Shown here piece after piece: positions 17,162 through 29,595 of a stretch of 64,000 nucleotides of DNA. Each line of letters starts with the position of its first letter. The stretch's first letter is position 1. This stretch comes from Amoebidium appalachense (taxonomy: Eukaryota > Protista > Ichthyosporea). The position numbers and the translations under genes are program-made. The stretch covers positions 3,605,106 through 3,669,105 of the forward strand of contig CAVNZM010000003.1 of NCBI GenBank assembly GCA_963693365.1. The letters run 5' to 3'. The notes beneath the pieces were generated by a model. It was not told the DNA's origin. It saw only the letters and a list, made by a program, of their open reading frames with translations, and did not search any database.

Positions 17162-18473
17162 CCCCTTCCCACACACAAACACATCATAACCCCCCCCCCC
17201 CCCAAAAAAAAAAAAAAAAAAGATAAAATAAAACAATACAAAACAAAACAAAAAAAAAGAACCCCCCCCCCCCCCCCCCCCCAAACGAATTTAAGGTATA
17301 ACCAACCCCAACTCACCATAGGAGACCTCTCCACCAGCGACTGCTTCAACCTCGCCCCCACCGCGTTCATCCCCTGCGCCGCTAACCTTAACCTCGGCTT
17401 AGCCCTTTGCACCGAGTCAACCACCTTCATCCTGTACACGGCCACCAGTTCACTCTTAAGGTTTGTGCCCCTGTTCCCTTCCTCATCGTATTCCCACTCG
17501 AAGAGGCAGTCTCGTACCCACCATGTTGGAACCTGTTGTGTATATTTGGATGTGTGTGTGCGTGTGTGTGTGTGGGAAGGGGGGGGGGGGGGGGGGATGA
17601 GGTGAATGGGAGATTTGGGGAGGGGGAGGGTAGGGGGGGGTTGAGGGGGCGGAGGGAGGGGGGGGGGGGGGGGGGGGAGGGGGGGAGGAGAGGGGGGAGA
17701 GGGTGGGGAGAAGGGAGGAGGTGTGTCTGTGTGTGTGCGCGCGGGAGCGCGCGCGTGTGTGTGCAATATATATGGGCGCTTATGATTTGACGGGTAGGAA
17801 GGAGGGGCAGGTGGCAAGGGGAAGGGAAAGGGGGAGAGGGGGGGGGAGGTTATAGTGTAAGCATTGGAGGGGTGGTGGAACCAAAGACACCAAAGGTTGC
17901 AACAACAGAAATGAAGAAACCAAGTAAATCTGCAGGCATTAGAATCTAATACTACTTATACAGAACCCATCATCAAAGAAGGGGGGGGGGAGGGGGGGGG
18001 GGGATTCTATAGGCACAGAACATGATGTACACAATCCCACCATAGGGGATTCCTTCCCCCCCCCCCCCCCCCCCCCCCCCCCAAACCCCCCTCCCCTCCC
18101 CAACCCAAAATAAAAGGGGGGGGGGGGGGGGGGGGGGAAAGGGGGGGGGGAAGGGGAAAAGAAAAAAAGAAGTGAGAAGAAAAGGATGCAATGTAAACTA
18201 GCTAGGGACCACCCATGAATGGGGGCCCCATGTCATTCATCCACAGTACCCTTGCAGCCCAAATTCGACCCAGCTTCAAATATAGTGGATGGGTTTTTTT
18301 GTGGGATAGGAGGGGCTCCCCGGGGGGGGGGGGGGGGGGGGGGGATGTGCTTCAGAGTACAGAGTGCACGTCTCAGACCCACAACACCATGTAGATTTTG
18401 CAAAAAAAAAAAAGCACACACAAGCAAGTATGCTTGCATGCATCATAAGTAGAGCCCATCCTAATTTTCTTCT

Positions 18474-18525
<52 letters not shown>

Positions 18526-18769
18526 GGGGCAGCAAGCACACACCAAGGGTATGCCCTCTATGTCTGTGTCGTAGTTTTGGATGAAGTCACTACTGGCTGC
18601 ATCCTCACGGCCCATCAGCTGTAGGCGGTGGTCTAGAAACTGATGGAACATCTGGGAAAGAGGGGGGGGGGGGGGGGGGGGGGGTGGGGGGGGGGGTAAA
18701 GGGAAAAAGGGGAGGGGAGTGTGTGTGTGTGTGTGGAGGGGAGGGGGAGGGGGGAAGAGAGGGGCACAT

Positions 18770-18802
<33 letters not shown>

Positions 18803-18994
18803 GATTGAGTAAGGTTGTGTGAGTGAGTGAGTGAGTGAGTGAGTGAGTGAGTAAGTCTGTGTGTGTGCGTGTGCGTGTGTACGTGTGCACGTGAAGATGT
18901 GTCCGTGTGTGTGTGCGAACGAGCGCGCGCACACTCGCTCGTGCGTCCGTGTGCATATGTCTATGCATGTACATGAATGCAGACATGAGTGAAC

Positions 18995-19053
<59 letters not shown>

Positions 19054-19613
19054 ACACACCTTCCCCTTCCCCTCCCCCTGCCCTCCCTCTCTTCACAGCA
19101 CCTCCCGACCACCACCCTTCCTTTTTGATAACGTCTCATGCTTCCCCCCTAAATAAAATCATCACAACACTACAGCAATATGCACGCCCCCTCCAACCCC
19201 AACCCACACACCACATTATACCTGAAAATCGGGGTAACATACTAGGAGACGGTACCAATGCCCTATCGTTAAAGACACCCCAATTCAACTATGTATACTA
19301 GAGGGTCTAATACAACCGGTTTGCTTTAATCCCTTACCTGCAGGTCTAATAGTGACTTGAGAAAAGGCCTTAAAGACGCCGGCCGGGAGTTAAGGTATCG
19401 CTCCATGTCAAAATGTAGTGCTGGGCTGGACCCTTTGCGGGGTCGACCCGTTTGTGCGGCCCGACCCGATACCAGAAACTGGCGGTAGTCTCCAAAGAAA
19501 AAGATAAAAAGGTCCAGAAATATCCGGGCTGTGGGAAACTGGTCAGAGATTGAATTTCGGCATCATTGTGGCGTCCGTATCACTGATCTCCATTACGGCT
19601 GCCAAAGTTTAGC

Positions 19614-19649
<36 letters not shown>

Positions 19650-19676
19650 CCACTTTCTCCCATCCCCCAAAAAAAC

Positions 19677-19760
<84 letters not shown>

Positions 19761-20065
19761 CATGCCTTTCCTCTTCCGCTTTGCCCCTTCCCCCCCCCCC
19801 CCCCCCCCCCCCCCCTCCCTCCTCCTCCTTCCCCCTTCACGGGGTCGCTTTTCCTCTCCAGACCCCTTCTTTCTAAGCATGCCGCCTGCACACTCACACA
19901 CCGGCTCTCACAGCCATTCAATATGACACCAACTGGTAAAATAGAAGGAAAAGAAGAAAAGGAGAGAAAAAGAAACGAGCGACAAAAAACTGCCAGAAAC
20001 CACCAGGAGGAGACAAAAAACTGAACACAAAAAGCTTTTGCACACACCAATTTTTTATTATTTTT

Positions 20066-20109
<44 letters not shown>

Positions 20110-20195
20110 GGGGGGATGAAACACGCAAAAAAGAACTCAAAAGACGAGAAGTCAATGAATGCAAAAAAATAAATAAAATAATGGTGATAAAGATG

Positions 20196-20258
<63 letters not shown>

Positions 20259-20469
20259 GCATTAACAGCAACAACAACAACAACAATATTAACAACAACA
20301 ATAACAATAATAATAAAGGCAAGGAACAGAAGCATATCAAGAACACCACACACCGTAATGGTCGTCCTGTGCAGCGTTTGGCCTCTTCAACTGGGCCACA
20401 ATCACAGCCACTAGCTCACGGGGCAGAAGGGAGAGATCGTCTGTGATGGCACTGAGCTGCTGCCTGTGT

Positions 20470-20525
<56 letters not shown>

Positions 20526-20784
20526 GAATGCGTCATAAAGTACGAAGTACACAAGAACAAACGGATAACACGTTGCAGAATGCAAGCCATACATAAAGAG
20601 TATGCATAATAAGCAGAGCCCATCCTCAGGGGGGGCCCACGTCATCCACAGTACCCGAGTTTCGACCTATTCACCTCGTTAACGAAACCCAACTCAGATA
20701 CTGTTTCACTTGAACATGGGTAGGTCACCCGTCTTGATCAGAGACGAGCAGGGTTGCTTATGCAGGCAAGGGCAGTGGGAAAGG

Positions 20785-20815
<31 letters not shown>

Positions 20816-20866
20816 TGAGGGAGGAGGGGGAGAGGGAGGAGGGGAAGGGGGGGGGGGGGTGTATGT

Positions 20867-20897
<31 letters not shown>

Positions 20898-22881
20898 GGG
20901 AGAGGGGGGAGGGAAGGAGGGGGAGGAGGGGGTAGATGAGTGTGTGTGTGTGTGTGTGTGTGTGTGTCCAGATGTGTGCGTGTGTGTGTGTGAGGAGGGG
21001 GTGGGTGGATGTGTGTGTGTGTGGATGTGTGTGCGTGCGTGTGTTCATGTGTGTGCATGTGCGCGCGCTTGTGTGTGTCTGTGTGTGTGTGTGTGTGCGT
21101 GCGTGCGTGTGTCCGTGTGCGTATTGTGTGCAGTGCGTGTGGAAATGCGAGTGTAAGTGTGTGTGTGGTTAGCGTCCTGGCCTCACATGAGCGATGAACG
21201 AACAACTTGTAGACAAGCGTCCTTTGCCCATTATTTTTGCATAGTCAGACTAAGGAAGATGCCATACCCCTGTTTTTGAACGTGCGTGTTCGAATTTAGA
21301 CTACTGGGCAGACTTGTGTCTTTGCATGAATTCGCACTGTTGCTAAGTTTTTGCTTGTAATTGCGGGCAAGCATGTGCACACATGTACCCTGACCTGCAT
21401 GTGCGTGTGAGTCCATATGGTGCATGTCTTCGTGTAGTACAAGCAGGTGTCCGTGTAGCACTGCATGTGTCCATGTAGTACAAGCATGTCTTCGTGTAGT
21501 ACAAGCAGGTGTCCGTGTAGCACTGCATGTGTCCATGTAGTACAAGCATGTCTTCGTGTAGTACAAGCAGGTGTCCGTGTAGCACTGCATGTGTCCATGT
21601 AGTACAAGCAAGTCTTCGTGTAGTACAAGCAGGTGTCCGTGTAGCACTGCATGTGTCCATGTAGTACAAGCATGTCTTCGTGTAGTGCAAGCAGGTGTCC
21701 GTGTAGCACTGCATGTGTCCTGTCCATGTAGTACAAGCATGTCTTCGTGTAGTACAAGCAGGGGTCCGTGTAGCACTGCATGTGTCCTGTCCATGTAGTA
21801 CAAGCCTGTCTTCGTGTAGTACAAGCAGGTGTCCGTGTAGCACTGCATGTGTCCTGTCCATGTAGTACAAGCATGTCTTCATGTAGTACAAGCAGGTGTC
21901 CGTGTAGCACTGCATGTGTCCTGTCCATGTAGTACAAGCATGTCTTCGTGTAGTACAAGCAGGTGTCCGTGTAGCACTGCATGTGTCCATGTAGTACAAC
22001 CATGTCTTCGTGTAGTACAAGCAGGTGTCCGTGTAGCACTGCATGTGTCCATGTAGTACAAGCATGTCTTCGTGTAGTACAAGCAGGTGTCCGTGTAGCA
22101 CTGCATGTGTCCATGTAGTACAAGCAGGTGTCCGTGTAGCACTGCATGTGTCCATGTAGTACAAGCATGTCTTCGTGTAGTACAAGCAGGTGTCCGTGTA
22201 GCACTGCATGTGTCCATGTAGTACAAGCATGTCTTCGTGTAGTACAAGCAGGTGTCCGTGTAGCACTGCATGTGTCCATGTAGTACAAGCATGTCTTCGT
22301 GTAGTGCAAGCAGGTGTCCGTGTAGCACTGCATGTGTCCATGTAGTTCAAGCATGTCTTCGTGTAGTACAAGCAGGTGTCCGTGTAGCACTGCATGTGTC
22401 CATGTAGTACAAGCAGGTGTCCGTGTAGCACTGCATGTGTCCATGTAGTACAAGCATGTCTTCGTGTAGTACAAGCAGGTGTCCGTGTAGCACTGCATGT
22501 GTCCTTGCAGCACGTGTGCACGTACCTGTCCAGGTCAACCACCACCACCTCCTCCAGACTGGCCATAGCCGTGACACGTGGCATGTGGGATGAGTGCAGA
22601 CCAATCAGAAAAGGCATAGGGGCAGACACATAGTCTAGTAGCTCCTCCGGTAGAAGGGGCACAAAGATGTGCTGTACGTGTACGAGTGTACGAGTGTACG
22701 TGTGTGTGGGAGTGGGGGGAGGGGGGGTGGGCGTGGGAGTGGGAGTGGGTGTGGGAGTGGGTGTGTGTGTGGGGGGGGGGGGGGGGGGGGGAGGTGGGTG
22801 GGAATGGGAGTGGGTGGGTGTGGGTATGGGTGTGGGTAAGAGCGTGAGTGGGTGAGTGTGGATGGGTGAGTGGGTGCGTGC

Positions 22882-22936
<55 letters not shown>

Positions 22937-23314
22937 GTGTGTGTGTTGGTGTCATCGGTGATCGTTTGTGTGATGGTGGTGGGATTGGGAGAGTGGGGAA
23001 CAGTCGATCAGCAAGGGGGCAGGGGGGGTTGGGGGATTGGGGGGTTGGGCAGCAACTAGATTTCTTGCAAAATGAAGCTAAGCTGGACGAACCACCACGA
23101 CAGAGAGCAAGAATTCGAAGTGAGTAAACACACAATGACAACCTGCGGTATGCCGAACGGAAATAGATTGCACAGTTTTCTTTGTTGCGCGTGTGTATAT
23201 GTAGGGGTCCTTTGTGGTTTACTTGCCTCCCTCCCCCCCCCCCCCCCCTCCCCCCCTCCCCCCTCCCCCCCCCCCCCCCCCCCCCCCCACCCCATCCCCC
23301 CCCCTCTCCCTGCC

Positions 23315-23345
<31 letters not shown>

Positions 23346-23386
23346 GAGAAAGATAAAAAAAGGAGGGGGGGGGGGGGGGGGGAATT

Positions 23387-23423
<37 letters not shown>

Positions 23424-23940
23424 AACAACAAAAGTTGCAAAAGACACAAGGGAACCGCCAAAAAAAAGGGAGGGGGGTTGGGGTGGGGGTGGGGTGGGGT
23501 GTGTGTGTGGGGGGGATCAAATCATTCAATACATACCTGCCAGTGCAGTGGGTAGAGCATAGCGGCCAGTCCATGTGTGCAAGCAGTGAGCATGGTCAGG
23601 CTGTGTGACGTCACAAGCACCCTCCTCTCGTGCAGAAGTGCACACACTGCCTCAAGGGCCACGGGGGGTGGGAGGGCGGACTGGAGGGAGCGGAGGTAGG
23701 GGTTGGCGGGGATGCGGGGTAGGCTCCCTGTGTCTGGATAGCGGAACGTGCATGCCTTTCCCTGTGTGTATGTGTGTGTGTGTGTGGGGGGGGGGAAAGT
23801 GGAGGGGGTGGGGGGGGGGGTGCGGAGAGGTGGGAGGGAGGGGGAGTGGAAAGGGTGGGTGAGACTGCCTGTGTCTGGATAGAGGAACATGCATGCCTTT
23901 CCCTGTGTGTGTGTGTGTACGTGTTTGTGTGGATCGGTAT

Positions 23941-23985
<45 letters not shown>

Positions 23986-24613
23986 GGGAGCGAGGGGGGG
24001 GGAGAGGGATGGGTGGGTGGGGGGGGAGGGTGGGATAAGCGCAAAGGGGGAAGGGAAGGGGTGGTGGGAGGGAGGAGGGGGAGGATGAGCGGGTGGGGGA
24101 GGGTGGGTGGAAAGTTGATTTAGGGGGGGGGGGGGGGGGGGGGGAGAGTGGGGGGGGGAAGGAGGGGGGATGGTGGGTTATGGGGGAGGGGGGGGAGGGG
24201 GTGGGGGGTGTGGGGGTGGGGATGGAGGTGGAGGGAGGATATGGGAAGGGGGAAGAGGGTGGAGGGGGGGGGGGGGGGGGGGGGATTGGAAGGCTGTGGG
24301 TGTGGATGTTTGTGTGTTGTGTCTGTGTGTGTGTGTGCACGCGTGCGTGTGTGAGCACGTGTGTGGTTAGGATGAGGGTGGAGAATGGGCGTGGACGGGT
24401 GGGTGGATGTGTGGTAGGTGGGGGGGGGGGGGGGGGGGGGGGGAGATGATGGGGAGATGGGGGGTGGTGGTGGGGGGGGGGGAGGGTTGAGTTGTGTGTG
24501 TGGGGGAGACGGGAGGGTGGGGGCGTGTTTTGTATGTAGGTGGGTGGGGGGGTGTTATGGGGGGAGGAGTTGAGGGGGGTGTTGTATGTGTGTGGATATG
24601 TGTGTATGCGTGT

Positions 24614-24644
<31 letters not shown>

Positions 24645-25276
24645 GGGGGGGATCAAGAGATGGCCGGATATGGATGGCATGGTGGACAAACATATTGTGA
24701 AGTACTATAATATATAATATATATAATGATATAATATATATAAAACTATTATATAACATGAGAGACATCCGAATCACAACACTCGAAAAGGAATTCCCAG
24801 GGGGAGAGAGAGAAAGGGGGGGGGGGGGGGGGGGGGAGGAGGAGGGGGAGTGGGGGACGGGGGGTTCATGGACAAACTAGACGGTGGCAAATATAAGAGC
24901 CACCCGTTGGGGAAAAACAAGAAGATAAAAGAACGAACAGAAACACAAACAAGAAATCAACAATCCTGCAGGCCGACTCTTGATATAGCCCATCATGAAA
25001 GAAGTCGCTATGCCACCTCCCCGAATGGAGGGAGGGGGGGGGGGGGGGGGGGGGGGGGAGGGAAGGGGTGGAAAGCTCCAAATTAACAAGGTATACAAAA
25101 AAATTATAATATTTATTATATAATAATATTACCTGCACGGAGAGTGTGATTCTCTCTGAGGGCTGGGGCAGGGGGTGGTTGTAAAGTGCCTCCAAGAGAA
25201 GACGAACAGGCTCAAGACTATCCTCCAAGTAGGTGGACAGCAGGTCTAATACCTGTGTGTGTGTGTGTGTTTGCGC

Positions 25277-25329
<53 letters not shown>

Positions 25330-25539
25330 CGCGCGCAGGCGTGTGTGCGTTTGGGTGGGGGGGAAGGATGTTTGTGTGTCGTGTGCGCGTGCACGCTCGT
25401 GCGTGTGTGTATATGTGTGTGTGTGTGCGCGCGCACGTGTTCTTGTGCATGTGTGTGTGTGTGCGCGCGCAGGCGCATGTGTGTGTGGGTGGGGGGGAAG
25501 AATGTTTGTGTGTCGTGTGCGCGTGCGCGCTCGTGCGTG

Positions 25540-25610
<71 letters not shown>

Positions 25611-25902
25611 TGTGAGTATGCGTGAGTGAGTGAGTGAGTGAGTGAGTGAGTGAGTGAGTGAGTGAGTGAGTGAGTGAGTGAGTGAGTGAGTGAGTGAGTG
25701 AGTGAGTGAGTGAGTGAGTGAGTGAGTGAGTGAGTGAGTGAGTGAGTGTGTGTGTGTATTTGTGTGTTGCTCTGGTTGCAGGAGGATAATCAATGACATA
25801 AGTGAACGAACTGAAAGATAATTGGACGCATAACAGGCCAACTCCCCATCCAATCCCCCTTCCCCCCCCCCCCCCCCCCCCAACTTTCAACACAAACACA
25901 CA

Positions 25903-25937
<35 letters not shown>

Positions 25938-27714
25938 AAGAGGAAAGTAAAGGAAACACATATCACGAGAGAACCACATCACAACCCAAAGGCAAACATG
26001 GGGGGGAAAGGGGGGATAGGGGCAGGTGGGATGGGGCCGGGGGGTGGGGGAGAGGTGGGGGAGAAGGGTTGGCCAAACGAGAATGAGGGGTATGGGCTAT
26101 CATGATTGCACCCAGTTCGATTTCGATTAGGGGTGTGCACGTAAAGAGGCATGCCGTCTCAACCAGATGCGCCGAATTACATCAATATCAGCACCGCAAC
26201 ACCATGAATCCCCCATCTGTCCCATCCTTTCCCTCTCCCCCCCCCCCCCCCCCCCCCCCTCTTCCCTTAATCCCCCCCCTCCCCCCGTCCCAGCCCTTCT
26301 CTCCCCTTCCCGTCCCCGCCCCCCTCTCTCCCGTTGCCGCGTACATGCCGGAAGAGCAGAGTAGCAGGGGGGAGGGAGGGGAGGGGGGTGTGCAAGTTGA
26401 AAAACACAGAGGTATCCAGGAGAAACAGTTGGAGGAGGGGGGTGGTAGCATGCATGCACGTACCTGGTCAAAGAATTCAATGTGTGAGGAGTAGCTGAGT
26501 AGGCACATGCACAGGTGCACAAGGTTGGATGACCCGGCCTCCTGCAAGATATAACAGGTGTGAGATAGTTTCTGTGCGTTTGGATTTGGATATTCTCGGC
26601 TCATGTGAAATATGATCAGCGTGAGATAGAATGAATTTATATGGATGCTCCAGCCTCATGCGAGGGAAAAAAACTGTGAGTTACTTCTTGCGTGCATTTG
26701 GACAATCCGGGCTCATGTGAGAAATCACAAGCGTAAGGTACTTTCGTATGCAGCTAACCGGACCCACAATACAGCTGAAACAGCGCGGAAAAAGGTGAAA
26801 AGACGAGCAGCAAAATGGAAGAGCAGGTGTGAGAATGAAGGAATGAATTGAGTGTTATGTGCTCTCCCTTCCGTGCATAGCCCGTCACCAGGGAAGCCCT
26901 ATGACATCACAAAAAACCGGTTCAATAATATTAAACTCCATTATATCTCGCCTGTGGCCCCCAATCCGTTCTTTGCTTCAATGACAAAGGGGGAGGGGGG
27001 AGGGGGGAGGGGAAGGGCGATGTGTGTGCATGTTCGTGCTTGCACCTAAAACCCTGTGTGTGCCTGGGGGAGGGGGAAATGGGGAGGGGGGAGGGGGAGA
27101 GAAAGAGAGAGGTGGAGAGAGAAGTAGAGAGAGGTATAGAGGGGGGGGGGGGGGAGGAGAGAGAGAGAGAGAGAGAGAGAGGGAGTGTCTGTGTATGTGT
27201 GTGTGTTTGAGAATGTGCATGTGTGTGTGTGCGTGTGTTTGTGTGTGCGCGCGTGCGCGCATGTGTGTGTGTGTGTGTGTGTGTGTGCACGTGCCTCGGG
27301 TATGTGCGCATGCACGTGTGTTTCTGTGTGTGTGTGTGTGTGTGCGTGCACACGTGTGTGTGCCTGTGTATGTGTGTGCCTGTGTATGCCTGTCTGTGTG
27401 CGTGTATGCATGTGTGTGTGTGCGCGCATGCATACGTGTGCATGCATGTCCTTTGATTGTGTGTGTGTGTATTCTCGAAGTGAGTACGACACGCACCCTC
27501 AGCTGCCTGCAGTAGCCAAACTGCTGTGTACCTGCCTCGTCCGTCAGCACAAACGTGTACGTGCCTGCCTCCCTCTCCACCCCCTGGTGTCCGTGGTAGG
27601 GAAAACAGAACTTGGCTAGCTCTTTGCTTACGCTCGGAGGCCCCGGCCGAAACTGTAAACACAGGGAAGTAGGGAAAAGGGGGCCGGGGGGGGGGGGGGG
27701 GGGGGGGGGGGGAG

Positions 27715-27745
<31 letters not shown>

Positions 27746-28016
27746 AGGGGGTAATAGTAAGTTACAATGGAAAGCGTATACATCACAACGGACAACATCA
27801 TGCAGATCGATGAAAACTTGGAGGTGGCGGGAAAGGGGTGTGGGGAGGGGGTTTGGGGGGGGGGGGGGGGGGGGGGGGGGTTTGCAATGAACATTTTTGC
27901 AACGCACAGACAGTCAAAGGTGGTGCCCATCCACAGGACATGCCTCAGTCATCCAGGGGGGGGGGGGGGGGGGGGGGGGTATGCATTTGGGGATTGTAAA
28001 CTTTGGAGAGGGTTGT

Positions 28017-28051
<35 letters not shown>

Positions 28052-28145
28052 TACAATAGATTGTGGCAGACATTGGCCGGGAGGGGGGGAGGGGGGAGAG
28101 GGGGGGGCGAGGGGGGTCAGTTGGTGAGGGGGAAGGGTGGGGAGT

Positions 28146-28176
<31 letters not shown>

Positions 28177-28376
28177 TGATGAATGCATGAGAGGGTGGCA
28201 AACATTGCAGCTGAAATATGAGGAAACGGCTAATACACAAACAAAGAAAACGAATGAAAAAGAATCAAAGCGTGCAAGCAGGGGAGGAGAGGGCGGGTTT
28301 TGGGAGGGGGCACCGGTTGAAGGAGGGGAGGGGGGAGGGGGTTGAGGGGTGGGGGGGAGGGGGGGAGCAGGAGTGA

Positions 28377-28409
<33 letters not shown>

Positions 28410-28505
28410 GAAGGAGGGTTATTATGCTCACGAAGAATTAATTCGTGCTGAGGATAGAAAAGACGTGGGAAAGGCAAACACAGAGACCATTAGGACGTCC
28501 CCGGG

Positions 28506-28548
<43 letters not shown>

Positions 28549-29337
28549 GGGGGGAGACGGAGAGAGGGGGGCAGGGATTAAGACAAAAAGGAAAAGGGAA
28601 AAGGGGGGAGGACTCATGATTTGCCAGCAGAAACTACGTGAGGAAGAGGGGGAGGGGGGGGGGGGGGGAGAGTATTTTTTTTTTTGGGGGGGGGGGGGGG
28701 AGGGAGAATGATTAGCCCAACTTTCAGAACATCACGAAAGCGGATGAGGTTATTTGCCCAAAAAGGGGAATGCCGGGAGGAAAGGAGGAGAAAGACAAAG
28801 AAAGGAGGAGGGGGGGGGAAGAGGGGGGCAGGGAGGGGGAGGGGGGGGGGGGGGGTTTGTTCAAGGAAACAGGTACAGGGAACGGAGCGGAGAGGCGGGA
28901 GGTAGAGGTGGGGGGGAAGAGAGGGGGAGGGGGGAGGAGCAGGAGGCAGGGGCGGGGGGGGGGGTTTGAATGCGGAACACGGTACGAAGTACGCATACAC
29001 GAAGGACACATGCAAAGGCAAACATTCAAGTATGCAACATCAGCCATGTGCACAGTATGCGTCATAAGCAGAGCCCATCCTCAGGGAGGACCCAAGTCAT
29101 CAATTGCGTCTGAGTTTCGACCCCTTAGCCCGCGTATATACGACGCTCCAACTCAGACAGCAGCATCAACTGAACTTGGGCGGGTCAACCCGTCTTGATC
29201 AAAGAGGGAGGGGAGGAGCAGGGGGGGAAGCCGGGGGCAGGTGGAGTTGGGGGGTGTGGAAAGTCACGAAGAATAACAGAATACAAAGCAACGTGTGGAG
29301 CTTTCACAATGTGTGTGTGCTGTGTGTGTGTGTGTGT

Positions 29338-29372
<35 letters not shown>

Positions 29373-29541
29373 CTGCATAAGTGTGAGGAGGGGAAGAGGG
29401 TGAGGGGGGGTGGGGGGGGTGGGGGGTTTCCTTCTGTGCAACGTGGGAAGAGAGAATGAAGGAAAAGATAGTGTTAGTGGAATGTGAGTGTGTGTATGTA
29501 TTTTTTTTGTGTGTTTGTGTGTGCAGGTACGTGTGTGTATG

Positions 29542-29595
<54 letters not shown>

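Noticed and set aside
19416-19425. hAT-like terminus TAGTGCTGGG
   Set aside because: It lies within DENN exon 19528-19338 and has no partner TIR
20641-20720. SECIS element (GUGAA/GGAU quartet-like core)
   Set aside because: Intronic, helix longer than typical, no apical AAR, and no selenoprotein ORF
20727-20740. rRNA fragment (acccgtcttga as in LSU; weak 5S-like ctcgtc..tgatc)
   Set aside because: The match is only ~11 nt and the flanks do not follow rRNA
20620-20745. Hammerhead ribozyme (CUGAGGA and GAAAC on the minus strand)
   Set aside because: CUGAGGA lies in a separate hairpin 3' of GAAA with no valid stem I/II, and the upstream CUGAUCA lacks G8
21420-22505. CRISPR-like array or a 400-aa Cys/His protein gene
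   Set aside because: No unique spacers and no cas genes; it is an intronic minisatellite
26070-26200. tRNA or tRNA-derived SINE (B-box-like cagttcgatt)
   Set aside because: No cloverleaf and no second copy in the window
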